Below are positions 39,036 through 52,614 of a stretch of 64,000 bases of DNA, one piece after another. Location of the stretch: assembly GCF_964213995.1 (NCBI RefSeq), contig NC_135804.1, forward strand, positions 38,564,001-38,628,000, read 5' to 3'. The translations under genes were made by a program, and so were the position numbers. The number at the start of each line of letters is the position of its first letter. Position 1 is the stretch's first letter. Below the pieces are notes generated by a model. That model did not search any database, was not told where the DNA came from, and worked only from the letters and a program-made list of their open reading frames with translations. Source of the stretch: Mustelus asterias (lineage: Eukaryota).

Positions 39036-39838
39036 ACATTATTATGAATGGCAAATAACAGTCAACTTTTGATGTTCTGTTTGAAATTATAATGTAGTCT
39101 TCCAGAAAGAAGGAAATGGGCAAAGTTTCAGATTTTCTCTGCTTGCAATCTGATTTTGTTTTGTTCATTTGGCCTGATGGCTATGGCTTCTTATTTCCGT
39201 TATGCATTAAACAATTAAGGCTGCCTTTGTATCAATCTTTTCCCTTTGCTTCCTTTGGATTAAAATTATTCCTGATTCTTCTCTCTATTATGAAAGCATT
39301 AAAACAGTTCTGTGAGATAATCTGGCTTGGTTGGGCATGAGAAGAAGTACAAAATCAGTAAGCTGGACTAACATGCAGTAGCCATCTATAAAGTTTTGTA
39401 GCTTAAACATGCATCTGTCTAGGGTCAAGTTTCTGTCAATGATCTGGCACGCCTAAGAAATATTTGATCCCCTGCCCAGTTTTTGAAAATGTTATTTTAA
39501 TTACTGTGTTTGCAAAAATTATATATTCTAATGTAAGGGATTTGTAAGAGAAATAAAGATCAGCGTGTAGCAAGTTTTGAAATGAATTGAATATGTTTCT
39601 GTAAATTGTGCATGTTGCTGATGTACAGTCAATTAATTGGGAGCCTGAAGAGCCTGTTGCTTTCTCCGTGGCTGTGGCTCATCTATCAGTGTTGACCTGC
39701 CAACGAATCAGTGTCCCTTTCTCCTGTGGTGTACATTGTTGTGATGTTTGGCATTCTTGCATTTGTTCTGATAAGTGCTAGACAAAAAGCATCAACAATG
39801 TGTTTCTCTCTTCAGCAATACTTTTTAAATCTTTTTAG

Positions 39839-39948
39839 GTATCTTTTTTCACATCGCTATGGAATCATCCATTCTTCACCATCAGCTGTATAACTCTTAT
39901 TGGTTTATTCTTTGCTGGAATACATAAAAGAGTGGTTGCACCATCAAT
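39839..39948 (+). CDS. CNEP1R1: CNEP1R1 exon 4
   Basis: ttttag|GTA TCT...TCA AT|gtatcctttc; [36 protein letters not shown]. Confidence 0.96.
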
Positions 39949-41388
39949 GTATCCTTTCTTGGTATGTCACGGACAGAATTTATAGGTTTTCTTTTACTAC
40001 CTGTGATCAATATGTTTCTGTAAGAGGTATATGTTGTTTTACCCTCAGTGTGTCCCAATTCAATAACTCCAGCAGCAAGCTTTTTGTAAATTACAAATGA
40101 AGAAATCTATTTATTATGAAACACCTACCCCAAATTTAGCTCAATGTTTCACTCACTCGTCTCTCTCACAGGTGAATGTCCTGTACTGTTTCAGCTAATA
40201 ATTATCTCAGTCTCTTCGGTGGCAGGCCGGTAAATTTCTAGATGCAATTGATGCCTTAAAGTTGAATTGAAAATCTTGTAAAGTGAGTGATTCTCAACAG
40301 ACTGTGAGTTTTCTCGTCAAATTTCCATGAAACTGGTTCTCGGGTTCATTTTAACTGGAACAGGTTGGGGAATTACCTCAGCTACTTGAGTGACTTGCAG
40401 CTAGTTCAATGGCTTTTGGTGGAACTCCGTCTGCAAGCAGCTTGCAGGTTTTACAAGTAGATAAAATTTTTCCCTCGTCATGTACTTTTGACAAGTTCGA
40501 AGTCCTTTTACCAAATAATGGGGAATGCGTATGTTGATTTCAATCATCTAGTGTTGATTGACAGTTGAGATTTATCCAGCCTAGTTTGGATGGGAGAAAA
40601 CAGTCATAATACAATGGAAGGTTGATGGGACCTATTCACATCTGTCTTACACACCTGGAGCTTTGAAGTCTCCATTTATCCAGAATGAAACAGAAAGTGA
40701 GGTTCTTTCCAAAGTCCTTTTGTGTTGATCCATTCTTAAAGGATTGTGTGAATACTCTCGGTGTCTGTGAATGTCCAGGGTAAATTAGGTATTTCCTTGA
40801 GATTTAAGACTGTCTGAGGCTCAGATGCAAGAGGTCACATGATTTGCAGCAGCCATTTTAATACTCTGTCTAGTTTTTAAAAGTATTGACTGAAAATTCA
40901 TCATCTACTGTGACATGACATGGTGTCTTTCAGATTGCTGTCAACTTGATTTGCAGAATTAGATCATTGCTGTGATGCCTTTTCAAATGCTGACTATGTA
41001 TTTTTAAATTAACTTAGTTATCATCTGCTGAGATGAGTCCTGTCCTCACTCAGTGCAGTCTTCACTCACCCCAGTCCAACGCCGGCATCTCCACATCTTC
41101 ACTCAGTGCACCAATGCTTTGGAATGTTTGGTCTATTATTTACTGTTAAACTGAAAATTACATGTGTTTAACCAGTAGAGAAACTATTAACAGCCAACAT
41201 TCTTTAATTTTATAAAAGTTGTACAGTACAGTTTCCTTCACTGCATTCTGTTGAGTGATTTGTCATTCTTGTAGAGTTAATGAATCTATAATTCCTTATG
41301 CAATCTCTCCCATAAGAACAGAGCCAATATTACATAACTCCAATTTTAATTGATGAAAAATTGATTTTCCTTAACCTGTTGTTTGTAG
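39949..41388 (+). other. CNEP1R1: U12-type (minor spliceosome) GT-AG intron 4 of CNEP1R1
   Basis: 5'SS GTATCCTTT; branch point TTCCTTAAC at 41367-41375, 13 nt before the exon. Confidence 0.92.
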
Positions 41389-41443
41389 TATAGCTGCAAG
41401 ATGTCGAACTGTTTTGGCAGAGTACAACATGTCTTGTGATGAT
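41389..41443 (+). CDS. CNEP1R1: CNEP1R1 exon 5
   Basis: tgtag|T ATA GCT GCA AGA...GAT GAT|gtaagt; IAARCRTVLAEYNMSCDD. Confidence 0.96.
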
Positions 41444-41796
41444 GTAAGTATTTGTTTTCAGAGCCAGAGTGCCTGGAAAATTTACATAAAAATTGCATGG
41501 GTTTTAAAGTTGAAGTCCTCGCTGATTTGAGTCGTCAAGCTATCATTTTCATTTTTAGTATGGAGCACAAATGTTTTGAATTGTTTTGTGTTTTTTTGCT
41601 TTTTAAGTCCTGTTGTGTGATTTATGGGCATTGTATGCATTTTTTTCTTTGTGTAAATTTCTTTTAAAATTGTTTTAAACTTTCTCCCGATGCATGAGTA
41701 GTTGGCAAATTAAGGGGGGGACAAGGTGGTGAGAAATAGTGACCAGTTTAACCATGTTTAAATGTGTGAGAATTGCTACTGATTTGGAAACTTGTA

Positions 41797-42562
41797 CAAA
41801 GAACAAAGAACAATACAGCACAGGAACAGGCCCTTGGGCCCTCCAAGCCTGCGCCACTCCCTGGTCCAAACTAGACCATTCTTTTGTATCCCTCCATTCC
41901 CACTCCGTTCATGTGCCTATCTAGATAAGTCTTAAACGTTCCCAGTGTGTCCGCCTCCACCACCTTGCCTGGCAGCGCATTCCAGGCCCCCACCACCCTC
42001 TGTGTAAAATACGTCCTTCTGATATCCATGTTAAACCTTCCCCCCACCTCACCTTGAACCTATGACCCCTCGTGAACGTCACCACCGACCTGGGAAAAAA
42101 CTTCCCACCGTTCACCCTATCTATGCCTTTCATAATTTTATACACCTCTATTAGGTCACCCCTCATCCTCCGTCTTTCCAGTGAGAACAACCCCAGTTTA
42201 CCCAATCTCTCCTCATAACTAAGCCCTTCCATGCCAGGCAACATCCTGGTAAACCTCCTCTGCACTCTCTCTAAAGCCTCCACGTCCTTCTGGTAGTGTG
42301 GCGACCAGAACTGGGCGCAGTATTCCAAATGCGGCCGAACCAACGTTCTATACAACCGCAACATCAGACCCCAACTTTTATACTCGATGCCCCGTCCTAT
42401 AAAAGCAAGCATGCCATATGCCGCCTTCACTACCTTCTCCACCTGTGCCGTCACCTTCAAGGATCTGTGGACTTGTACACCCAGGTCCCTCTGCGTATCT
42501 ACACCCTTTATGGTTCTGCCATTTATCGTATAGCTTCCCCCTACGTTAGTTCTACCAAAATG
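41797..42562 (-). mobile_element. CR1 3' fragment, young
   Basis: ORF 41921..42460 LVRPHLEYCAQFWSPH...RMRGDLIEVYK; (acaaaga)n tail. Confidence 0.92.
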
Positions 42563-43104
42563 CTGTTTTTATGTGTCTTGAGTTAGGTGCCTGATTAACA
42601 CCCTTTGCTACAAAGACAAAGCAAAATTTTAAGAACTCCAATCATTTTGTGAATCGTTCTTCTGAGCAGAAGTTGGAAATATACAGAGTTCCAGTCTGCT
42701 CTGATTTTGATTTTATAAGCAACTACAATTACATAGATTTGCTGAATTCCATCATTTTCACTCCTCAGTGCATTCATTATTAAAGATAGCTGTAATTGAC
42801 TCCAGCCTAGCCATAAGCAGTGCTGCAACTGTTATTTTTTAAATTGGTCCAAGCTGCAGATCAATAGCTGTAGGGGAATAGTCTAATTTTAGAGCTTGGT
42901 ATTTTGGTTGGTCCAGTACACACAACAATATGAATCTGCTTTTATTTTTGTAAATTGCAGAGGAAGAGATCTCTTCATTTGTATTTTCCACATATCTTGG
43001 CCCTGTACTCTTTTCCAATTTTCAATATGCCAAAGTAGGAATGGAACAATGTCACAACTGTTGCTTGTTAATTGAGTTACTACAATTGTTACTGGAAAAG
43101 AGAT

Positions 43105-44345
43105 AAAATGTACAAAGGTCTTTAACAGAGTCAACTATGAGAGATTATGGAGCATCCTCCTCTATTTTGACTGCCCCCAAAGGTTTGCCACCATTCTCCC
43201 CCTGCTCCACGCTGACATGCAAGCTGTGATGCTGATCAACGGGTCCACCATAGACCCAATTCATGTCTGGACTGGGGTCAAGCAAGGCTGTGTCATCACA
43301 CCAACGCGTTTCTTGACCTTCCTTGCTAAAATGGTCCATCTTGCCCTCATGTTCCCGCTGGAGTGGAGCTAAACTGCAAAGAAAAAATGGAATCTGTTCT
43401 TCGCTGCCTGCAGGCAAGATCCAAGGTCGTCCCAACCTCTGTCATTGAACAACAGTATGCAGACAATGCTTGCATCTGCAGGTTATCAAAATCCACAACA
43501 AGGCCTTGGTCAATGCAGAACACTTCCCATACCTTGGGAACATACTGTCAACAAGGACAGACGTCGACAATGAGATTCAACACCACTTTATATGCCGGTG
43601 CAGCCTTCAGTCGTCTGAGCGGGAGAGTTTGAAGATCAGGACCTCTGACCCGGCACCAGGCTCATGGTCTTCAGAGCAGTAGTGAAACCCACCCTCCTAA
43701 ATGTCTGAGATGTGGATTATATACAGTCAGCACCTCAGAACCCTGGAGAAGTGCCATCAGCACTGCCTCCACAAGATCCTTCAAATCCATTGGCAGGACA
43801 GGCACACCAATTGAGTTGGTTTATTTGTTTTGCCCTAAAAGAAAGACAGGCACACCAAACAGGGTTCTCGCTCAGGCCAACATCCCTAACACCAAAGCAC
43901 TGACCATACTCTTATCAGCTCTGCTGGGTGGGCCACATTGTCTGCATGCCTGATAGAAGACTCCTGAAACAAAGCGCTTTAATCGGAGCTTCGACACAGT
44001 AAGCAAGCCCCAGGAGGGCAGAGGAAACTGTTTATGGACATCTTCAAAGACTCCCTGAAAAAGTACAACGTCCTCAACCTGGGAATCCCTGGCCCAAGAC
44101 CGCCTGAAGTGGAGAAAAAGCATCCAGGAAGGAGCTAAACACCTTGTGTTTCATCACCGATGCAAGCTGAAGCCAAGCACCGACAGTGAAAGGAAGGCAT
44201 GATAACCCAGGCACCCCACCTACCCATTCCTCCGACCACCTGGGACAGAGATTGTAGGTCACACATTGGATTTCTCAGTCACCTAAGAACTCATTTTTGG
44301 CAAGATAGCAAGTCATCCTCGACCCCAAGGGACTGCCGAAGGAGA
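43105..44345 (+). mobile_element. RTE-clade LINE fragment
   Basis: TGVKQGCV, QYADNA, EHFPYLG motifs; 3' end gtcatcctcgacccc.agggactgcc. Confidence 0.8.
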
Positions 44346-45011
44346 ACAATTCTTACTGGATAAGAAATAAAATTTACTGGGCAAAATTTGCCTTCAAATT
44401 TTTTCTCTTCCAGAATTTATCCTTTTTTTAGATTTCCTTGTTGCTGAAATTCAGTGAAAATTGAATCTAATCCAGCAATTACTAATGTGGGTGACTTGAC
44501 TACTCATCTTTTGGTCAGGAGCCAAGACTGTTAATTTTCCTCTGCTACTGCTGGAAGATTGCATTCTTGGTTCCGAGCTCTTAATGCTTCAGGAAGGAAA
44601 TGAATTTCATTCTTCACACGTTTATTGTTCTCTAAATTTGTCGTAGTGATTTTTAAGTGGATTTGTTCCATTATTTATATTACTGATGTAACTATCATCC
44701 AGGAAAGTGTCAACCAACATTTAAATGTCAGCTTTTGGGTACATTTACATTATAACTAGCATAAAGGGATTTCACACTGATACTACAATTGCAATGTAAA
44801 TGGAACCTCATTCGGGACTCGGGGACAGCCCTGCCCTGACACTAAAGACCATTTTAAAAAATTTATTTGTGTGATATGGGTGTTGCTGGCTGGCCAACAT
44901 TTATTGCCCATCCCTAGTTGCCCTTGAGAAGGTGGTGGTGAGCTGCCTTCTTGAATCGCTGCAGTCCACAATGCCTTTAGGGAGGGAATTTCAGAATTTT
45001 GACCCAGCGTA

Positions 45012-47848
45012 TGAACCATAGAACCATAGGAAATTACAGCTCAGAGACAGGCCTTTTGGCCCTTCTTGTCTGTGCTGGACCATTTTTTGCCTAGTCCCAC
45101 TGACCTGCACTTGGACCATATCCCTCCACACTCCCTCATCCATGAACCCGTCCAAGTTTTTCTTAAATGTTAAAAGTGCATTTACCACTTTATGCGGCAG
45201 CTCATTCCACACTCCCACCAATCTCTGCATGAAGAAGCCCCCCCTAATATTCCCTTTAAACTTTTCTCCTTTCACCCTTGACCCATGCCCTCTGGTTTTT
45301 TTTCTCCCCTAGCCTCAGTGGAAAAAGCCTGCCTGCATTCACTCTATCTATACCCATCAAAATCTTATACACCTCTATCAAATCTCCCCTCAATCTTCTA
45401 CGCTCCAGGGAATAAAGTCCCAACCTATTCAATCTCTCTCTGTAACTCAGCTTCTCAAGTCCCGGCAACATCCTTGTGAACTTCTCTGCACTCTTTCAAT
45501 CTTATTTACATCCTTCCTGTAACTAGGTGACCAAAACTGTACACAATACTCTAAATTCGGCCTCACCAATGCCTTATATAACCTTACCATAACACTCCAA
45601 CTTTTATACTCGATACTCCGATTTATAAAGGCCAATGTACCAAAGGCACTCTTTACGACCCTATCCACCTGTGACGTCACTTTTAGGGAATTCTGTACCT
45701 GTATTCCCAGATCCCTCTGTTCAACTGCACTCTTCAGAGTCCTACCATTTACCCTGTACGTTCTACTTTGGTTTGTCCTTCCAAAGTGCAATATCTCACA
45801 CTTGTCAGCGTTAAATTCCATTTGCCATTTTTCAGCCCATTTTTCTAGTTGGTCCAAATCCCTCTGCAAGCTTTGAAAACCTTCCTCACTGTCCACTACA
45901 CCTCCAATCTTTGTATCATCAGCAAATTTGCTGATCCAATTTACCACATTATCATCCAGATAATTGATGACAAACAACAATGGACCCAACACCGATCCCT
46001 GCAGCACACCACGAGTCACAGGCCTCCACTCAGAGAAGCAATCCTCCATGACCACTCTCTAGCTTCTTCCATTGAGCCAGTGTCTTATCCAATTTACTAC
46101 CTCCCCATGTATACCCAGCGACTGAACCTTCCTAACTAACCTCCCATGAGGGACCTTGTCAAAGGCCTTGCTGAAATCCAGGTAGACAACATACACCTCC
46201 TTCCCTTCATCCACTTTCCTGGTAACCTCCTCGAAAAACTCTAATAGATTGGTCAAACATGACCTACCACGCACAAAGCCATGTTGACTCTCCCTAATAA
46301 GTCCCTGTCTATCCAAATATTTGTAAATCCTATCCCTTATCACACCTTCCAATAACTTGCCCACCACCGACGTCAAACTTACTGGCCTATAATTTCCCGG
46401 ATTGCTTTTGGAACCTTTTTTAAACAACGGAACAACATGAGCCACCCTCCAATCATCCGGCACCTCCCCTGTGAATACTGACATTTTAAGTATGTCTGCC
46501 AGGGCCCCTGCAAGTTCAACACTAGCTTCCCTCAAGGTCCGTGGGAATACCCTGTCCGGTCCTGGGGATTTATCCACTCTGATTAGCCTCAAGACAGCAA
46601 GCACCTCCTCCCCTTTAATCTGTAAAGGTTCCATGACCTCCCTACCTGTTTGCCCTATTTCCGTAGACTCCATGCCTGTTTTCTCAGTAAATACGGATGC
46701 AAAAAAACCACTTAGTATCTTCCCCATCTCTTTTGGTTCCATACACAGTCTCCCACTCTGGTCTTCAAGAGGACCAATTTTATCCCTCACTATCCTTTTG
46801 CTCCTAACATACCTATAGAAGCTGTTTGGATTTTCCTTCACTCTGTCTGCCAAAGCAACCTCATGTCTTCTTTTAGCCCTCCTGATTTCCCTCTTAAGTA
46901 GCTTCTTGCACTTTTTATACTCCTCGAGCATCTGATCTGTTCCTTGCTGCCTGTATATTTCATACAACTCTCTCTTCCTCTTAATCAGTGTTACAATCTC
47001 CCTCGAGAACCAAGGTTCCTTATTCCGATTTACTTTGCCTTTAATCCTGACAGGAACATACAAACTCTGCACTCTCAAAATTTCTCCTTTGAAGGCCTCC
47101 CACTTTCCATTTACATCCTTACCAGGGAACAGCCTGTGCCAATCCACACTTCCCAGATCCCTTCACATTTCATCAAATTTGGCCTTTTTCCAGTTCAGAA
47201 CTTCAACCCGAGGACCAGATCTATCCTTATCCATGATCAGGTTGAAACTAATGGCATTATGATCACTGGATCCAAAGTGTTCCCTCACACTCACATCCAT
47301 CACCTGCCCTAACTCATTTCCCAATAGGAGATCCAATATCGCATCCTCTCTAGTTGGCACCTCTATATACCGATGTAGAAAATCTTCCTGAACACATTTT
47401 ACAAACTCTACCCCGTCTAAACCTTTAACAGTATGCGAGTCCCAATCTATATGTGGAAAATTAAAATCCCCTACTATCACAACTTTGTGTTTCTTGCAGT
47501 TGTCAGCTATCTCTCTGCTGATTTGCTCCTCCAATTCTCGCTGACTATTGGGTGGTCTATAATACAACCCCATTAATGTGGTCATACCTTTCCTGTTTCT
47601 CAGCTCCACTCATAGGGCCTCTGTAGACAAGCTCCCTAATCTATCCTGCCTGAGTACCACTGTAACATTTTCCCTGACCAACAATGCCACCCCCCCACCT
47701 TTTATCCCTCTGCCTCTATCCAGGCCCTGGAACATTGAGCTGCCAGTCCTGCCCCTCCTGTAGCCAAGTTTCACTAATGGCTATAATGTCATATTTCCAT
47801 GTGTCTATCCACGCCTTCAGCTCATCTGCCTTCCCCACAATACTCCTG
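45012..47848 (-). mobile_element. Young 5'-truncated CR1 LINE (~2.8 kb), ORF2 endonuclease C-half plus RT with few disablements
   Basis: ORFs 47163..47609 (YRPP, GDFN, SDH), 46059..47147 (NYRPVSLTS, DFSKAFDKV), 45447..46055 (QGSVLGP, FADD); tail aaccatag. Confidence 0.96.
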
Positions 47849-47849
47849 T

Positions 47850-48780
47850 GAAGTATGTGAAGGAACGGTGAAATATCTCCAAATCAGGATGATGAGTGGC
47901 TTGGGGGGAACTAGTAGGTGATAGTGGTGTTCCCATGTACCTGCTGCCCTTGTCCTTCTAGATGGAAGTGGCCGTGGGTTTGGAAGGTGCAGTCCAAGGA
48001 TCTTTGGTGAATTTCTGCATCTTGTAGATAGTACACACTGCTGCTACTGAGTGTCGGTGGTAGAGGGAGTGAATGTGGTGCCAATCAAGCAGGCTGTTTT
48101 GTCTTAGATGGTGCCAAGCTTCTTGTATTGTTGGAGCTGCACCCATCCAGGCATTCCATCATGCTCCTGACTTGTGCCTTGTAGATGGTGGACAAACTTT
48201 GGGGAGTCAGAAGGTGACTTACTCGCCTGCAGTATTCCTAGCATCTGACCTGTTCTTGTCCTGTTTTTATGCAGTGGGTCCTTGGTCAATGGTAACCCCA
48301 AGGATGTTGACAGTGGGGGATTCAATGGCGGTAACACCATTGAATGTCAAAGGGTGGTGGTTAGAGGTCTCTTATAGGTGATGGTTATTGCCTAACATTG
48401 GTGTGGCATGAATGTTACTTGCCACTTGTCAGCCCAAGCCTGGACATTCTCCAGACCTTGTTGCATTTGGACATGGACTGCTTCAGTATCTGAGGAGTCA
48501 CAAATGGCGCTGAACATTGTGCAATCATCAGAAAACATCCCCACTTCTGATCTTATGACTGAGGGAAGGTTATTGATGAAGCAACTGAAGATGGTTGGGC
48601 CTAGGACACTGCCCTGAGGGGCTCCTGCAAAGGTGTCCTAGAACTGGGATGGCTGACCCCACACCCATCTTCCTATGTATCAAGTATGACTTCAACCAGT
48701 GGAGAGTTTGCCCCCTGATACCCATTGATTCCAGTTTTGCTAGGGCTCCTTGATGCCACACTTGGTGGAATGCAGCATTG
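47850..48780 (-). mobile_element. Older LINE RT fragment; its 3' end (44855-45010) is split off by the CR1 insertion
   Basis: AAFHQVWHQGALAKLESMGI; PQGSVLGP-type codons; the contiguous junction gacccagcg...gtgaaggaa is seen intact at ~37431. Confidence 0.75.
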
Positions 48781-48844
48781 ATCTCAATTATGAGAGAAAT
48801 AGTGGGAAGTAAGTTAAACAGCAGTAACTGTGGATAGAGGAACA

Positions 48845-50129
48845 CAGTAAGGAGTCTAACAACACCAGGTTAAATTCCAACAGGTTTATTTGGTAGCAAA
48901 CGCCACTAGCTTTCGGAGCGCTGCTCCTTTGTCAGATGAGTGGGAGATCTGCTCATAAACAGCAAACAGGGCATATAAAGACACAAACTCAATTTACTGA
49001 ATAATGATTGGAATGCGAGTCTTTACAGCTAATCAAGTCTTAAAGGTACAGACAATGTGAGTGGAGAGAGCATTAGCACAGGTTAAAGAGATGTGTATTG
49101 TCTCCAAACAGGACAGCCAGTGAGACTTTGCAAGTCCAGGAAAGTTGTGGGGGTTACAGATAGTGTGACATGAACCCAAGATCCCGGTTGAGGCCATCCT
49201 CATGTTTGCGGAACCTGGCTATCAGTCTCTGCTCAGCAACTCTGCGCTGTCGTGTGTTGTGAAGGCCGCCTTGGAGAATGCTTACCCGAATATCAGAGGC
49301 CGAATGCCCGTGACCGCTGAAGTGCTCCCCAACAGGAAGAGAACAGTCTTGCCTGGTGATTGTCGAGCGGTGTTCATCCATCCGTTGTCATAGTGTCTGC
49401 ATGGTTTCCCCAATGTACCATGCCTCGGGACATCCTTTCCTGCAGCGTATCAGGTAGACAATGTTGGCCGAGTTGCAAGAGTATGTACCATGTACCTGGT
49501 GGATGGTGTTCTCACGTGAGATGATGGCATCCGTGTCGATGATCCGGCACGTCTTGCAGCGGTTGCTGTGGCAGGGTTGTGTGGTGTCGTGGTCACTGTT
49601 CTCCTGAAGGCTGGGTAGTTTGCTGCGGACAATGGTCTGTTTGAGGTTGTGCAGTTGTTTGAAGGCAAAAAGTGGGGGTGTGGGGATGGCCTTGGCGAGA
49701 TGTTCATCTTCATCAATGACATGTTGAAGGCTCCGGGGAAGTACTGGACAACGAAGGGTACTCTGTCCACCGTGTCCTGTGTTTGTCTTTTGAGGAGGTC
49801 GATGCGGTTTTTCGCTGTGGCGCGTCGGAACTGTCGATCGATGAGTTGAGCGCCATATCCTGTTCTTATGAGGGCATCTTTCAGCATCTGGAGGTGTCTG
49901 TTGTGATCCTCCCCATCCGAGCAGATCCTGTGTATACGGGGACTTGTCCATAGGGGATGGCTTCTTTAACGTGTTTAGGGTGGAAGCTGGAGAAGTGGAG
50001 CATTGTGAGGTTATCCGTGGGCTTGCGGTACAGAGGTGCTGAGGTGACCGTCCTTAATGGAGATGCGTGTGTCCAAGAATGCAACCGATTCCGGAGAGTA
50101 GCCCATGGTGAGTCTGATGGTGGGAGTCT
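48845..50129 (-). mobile_element. Penelope-like element 3' part (RT C-term, GIY-YIG endonuclease, terminal repeat) with 12-bp TSD
   Basis: CNSANIVYLIRCRKGCPEAWYIGET...EH...GLNRD; TSD GATAGAGGAACA at 48833-48844 and 50130-50141. Confidence 0.92.
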
Positions 50130-50554
50130 GATAGAGGAACAGATAGAGCAGAAGTAGAAAAGGGAGTGGATATTTAACGGATTTACCACTGCCAACTCCT
50201 TGATGAGTATAAGATTTTGAAAATAGTTGGGTTTTGTGCAAGAAAGTTGAGAAACAGTTAATCCAACAGTTTTGTTTACATTCATTGTCCAGAATAAACT
50301 AGGCTTGTGGTCAGCAGGTGTGCTCTGAAGTCCCTATTTTGAATGCTGCATCTATGGTTTCAGTCCCTTTAGCTTTCACTCATGTGTAGGACATTACTGT
50401 TAGCCTAACTGAAAAACCGAACAGCTAATTAAAGCACATACATATTGCATGTTGTAAGTATTTTGTGTAGTAACTCTTTGTTTTATTTTTATAAGTGTTT
50501 GGAAAATACCTTTGCAACTTCAATTTTTTAAAAAAATCTCTTTCATCTTTCTAG

Positions 50555-50596
50555 ACTGGAAAACTAATATTAAAGCCCAGGCCCCATGTCCAATGA
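50555..50596 (+). CDS. CNEP1R1: CNEP1R1 exon 6 (terminal)
   Basis: ttctag|ACT GGA AAA CTA ATA TTA AAG CCC AGG CCC CAT GTC CAA TGA; TGKLILKPRPHVQ*. Confidence 0.96.
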   Translation, partial: TGKLILKPRPHVQ

Positions 50597-51577
50597 TGAA
50601 TCTACATGCCAGTTCTGTGGCTCTTTTGGAAAACGTGGAAGCAACCTCAAATGCAACACTGCACAAATCCACTGATGCAATGTTCCTTTTGGTATCAACA
50701 TCATTATTTTCAGCTGGCTCAAGCTCCCTAAAGCAGAAAAAATCTTGGCAACAGAAGTGCATTTTCTGAAAAATCTAATGTTACAGCCAACGGGTTAGAG
50801 ATTTTGGAAAACTTGGTATAAGATACAATATTGAACTTGTATTTAAATCTTGCCAGGTTACTTTAATTTATTAGAAAGTTCTCGGTTCTTATATTTTAAC
50901 TTCTGGTTTGGACCGCTCATTTTATTATTGATATGTTTTTGTAACTATTTTGTGACTCAGACTCAAAGTACAACATCAAGGATTTAAAAAAACTGTGACC
51001 GATTCCCATTGTGAGTTGGGCTGAACTATATCAGGAACTGATCCAACAAGATTGCTAAACCATTGTTGCATGCCTTTATTCTTCCAATTCATTACTTTTC
51101 CTTCATATAGAGGCTTTTTTTATATATTATGAGAATGTTCTTTTGCCGAGTTATTTTTACTGTTCACCAATACGATTTATGAGGCATTTGTATTCTCATT
51201 CCATTTAGACTGGAGATAAATTAGAAATGGATTACCAATGCTTTGGGTGAGAACTTCCTTTGATCTGCCAAATTGTGTTGTGTACGAATCTATTTATAGA
51301 AAGAGATAATTTGTTTCATTTGTATTGCAAACTATTGCATATAAAGATTCTAATTTTACTTCTCAATTATGCAGCCTTGTATCACCATGTAGAAATGAAC
51401 GTTTCAATTTTGTAGTTGTTTATGTTCTTGCATTGCAATCTTAGAACCTATTGCAGTTCTACTTTTGCTTCTTTGTATTTTAATGACTTGAATGATTTCA
51501 ACTTTTAAATTTTAAAAGCATCATGACTTTGTAAATGTTTTTCAGGCACCTGAATTTTGTAGGCCTGTGTACATAGC

Positions 51578-51583
51578 AATAAA
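51578..51583 (+). terminator. Candidate CNEP1R1 polyadenylation signal
   Basis: AATAAA ending ~1 kb of AT/T-rich 3'UTR-like sequence. Confidence 0.5.
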
Positions 51584-52614
51584 CAATTTATATGGAAAAG
51601 ATTGAGAAGTGATCATAATGCTTAAATCAATCACATATGCACTGGATAACCAAGAATGGGGTTTACATATTTGAGGTATGATTAGAAAAAAGTGAAAAAG
51701 GTTGTCTGTTGTTGTGCATGAACTAGAAACAACTCCCAACTGAACACCAGAGCGACGAAAGGAATGGTTTAAAGTTGTTACCAAAAACTCTAGCACCTCC
51801 TTTATCCTCCTCACTTGGCCAATCATCCAGGATGTGTGAAATCTCAATCTGTTTGAGAAAGCCGAACTTCAAATTAAATATCTTATCCGTTCTTCACCAA
51901 GACTAGCTTCCTTCCATTTTCACAGCATTGTCTGCCTCCAACACACTGCTGGCAAAATACATATTGATGTTTTTGTCACCTACTGGCTCAATTTCACCAG
52001 TGTTCCATTCTCCTTGAACTCCAACTCGTCCAAAACTTCACAGCTTGTTTCCTTTTTGTTCTGCCATCACCCCGTGCTCATTGATCCACAATGAATCTTT
52101 GTCTCTAAAGCATTGAATAAAAAATCTCAACCTTCTGCTCTTTGCAGGCTTGCCCTATGATACTTCAGGAACTATTTCCAGACTTCCATTTGCTCCTTTG
52201 ACATCTGCACTTCAAAGCATACCTCTATCCCTCCATCCCTCTCCCTTCAATCCACTATTAGTAGCTGAGTCTCCTGCTACCCGGCCCCATCTGATGGAAT
52301 ATCTTCCCCAAATACAATTTCTGTTAACACTTCAATCTTTAAATATTCTCTCAAATCTCCTATCCCTTCTACCAGGGACACTCTCCACCCTTGCTAGTTT
52401 GCCATTCACATATAAAATAGCACCTTTAATTTTAAAGGTGATGTAGCACAAATAAAAAAAAACCTTGCTTCAATCCACAGTGTGTTGAGAATAAGGTCAC
52501 AGCAACTTGGGAAGTTGTTACTAGTCTTGTGCTGCAGAGCACGATCAGTAGATTACCCACTTTGTGCCTCCAGTTGAAAAGCTAATGAGGGAGACCAAAA
52601 TATAGAATCCACTG

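Larger units (their letters stand above)
30250..50596 (+). other. CNEP1R1: CNEP1R1 gene, full spliced CDS span (CTD nuclear envelope phosphatase 1 regulatory subunit 1)
   Basis: Exons 25+72+74+110+55+42 = 378 nt = 125 aa + stop, [125 protein letters not shown], near-identical to the vertebrate protein as I recall it. Confidence 0.97.
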
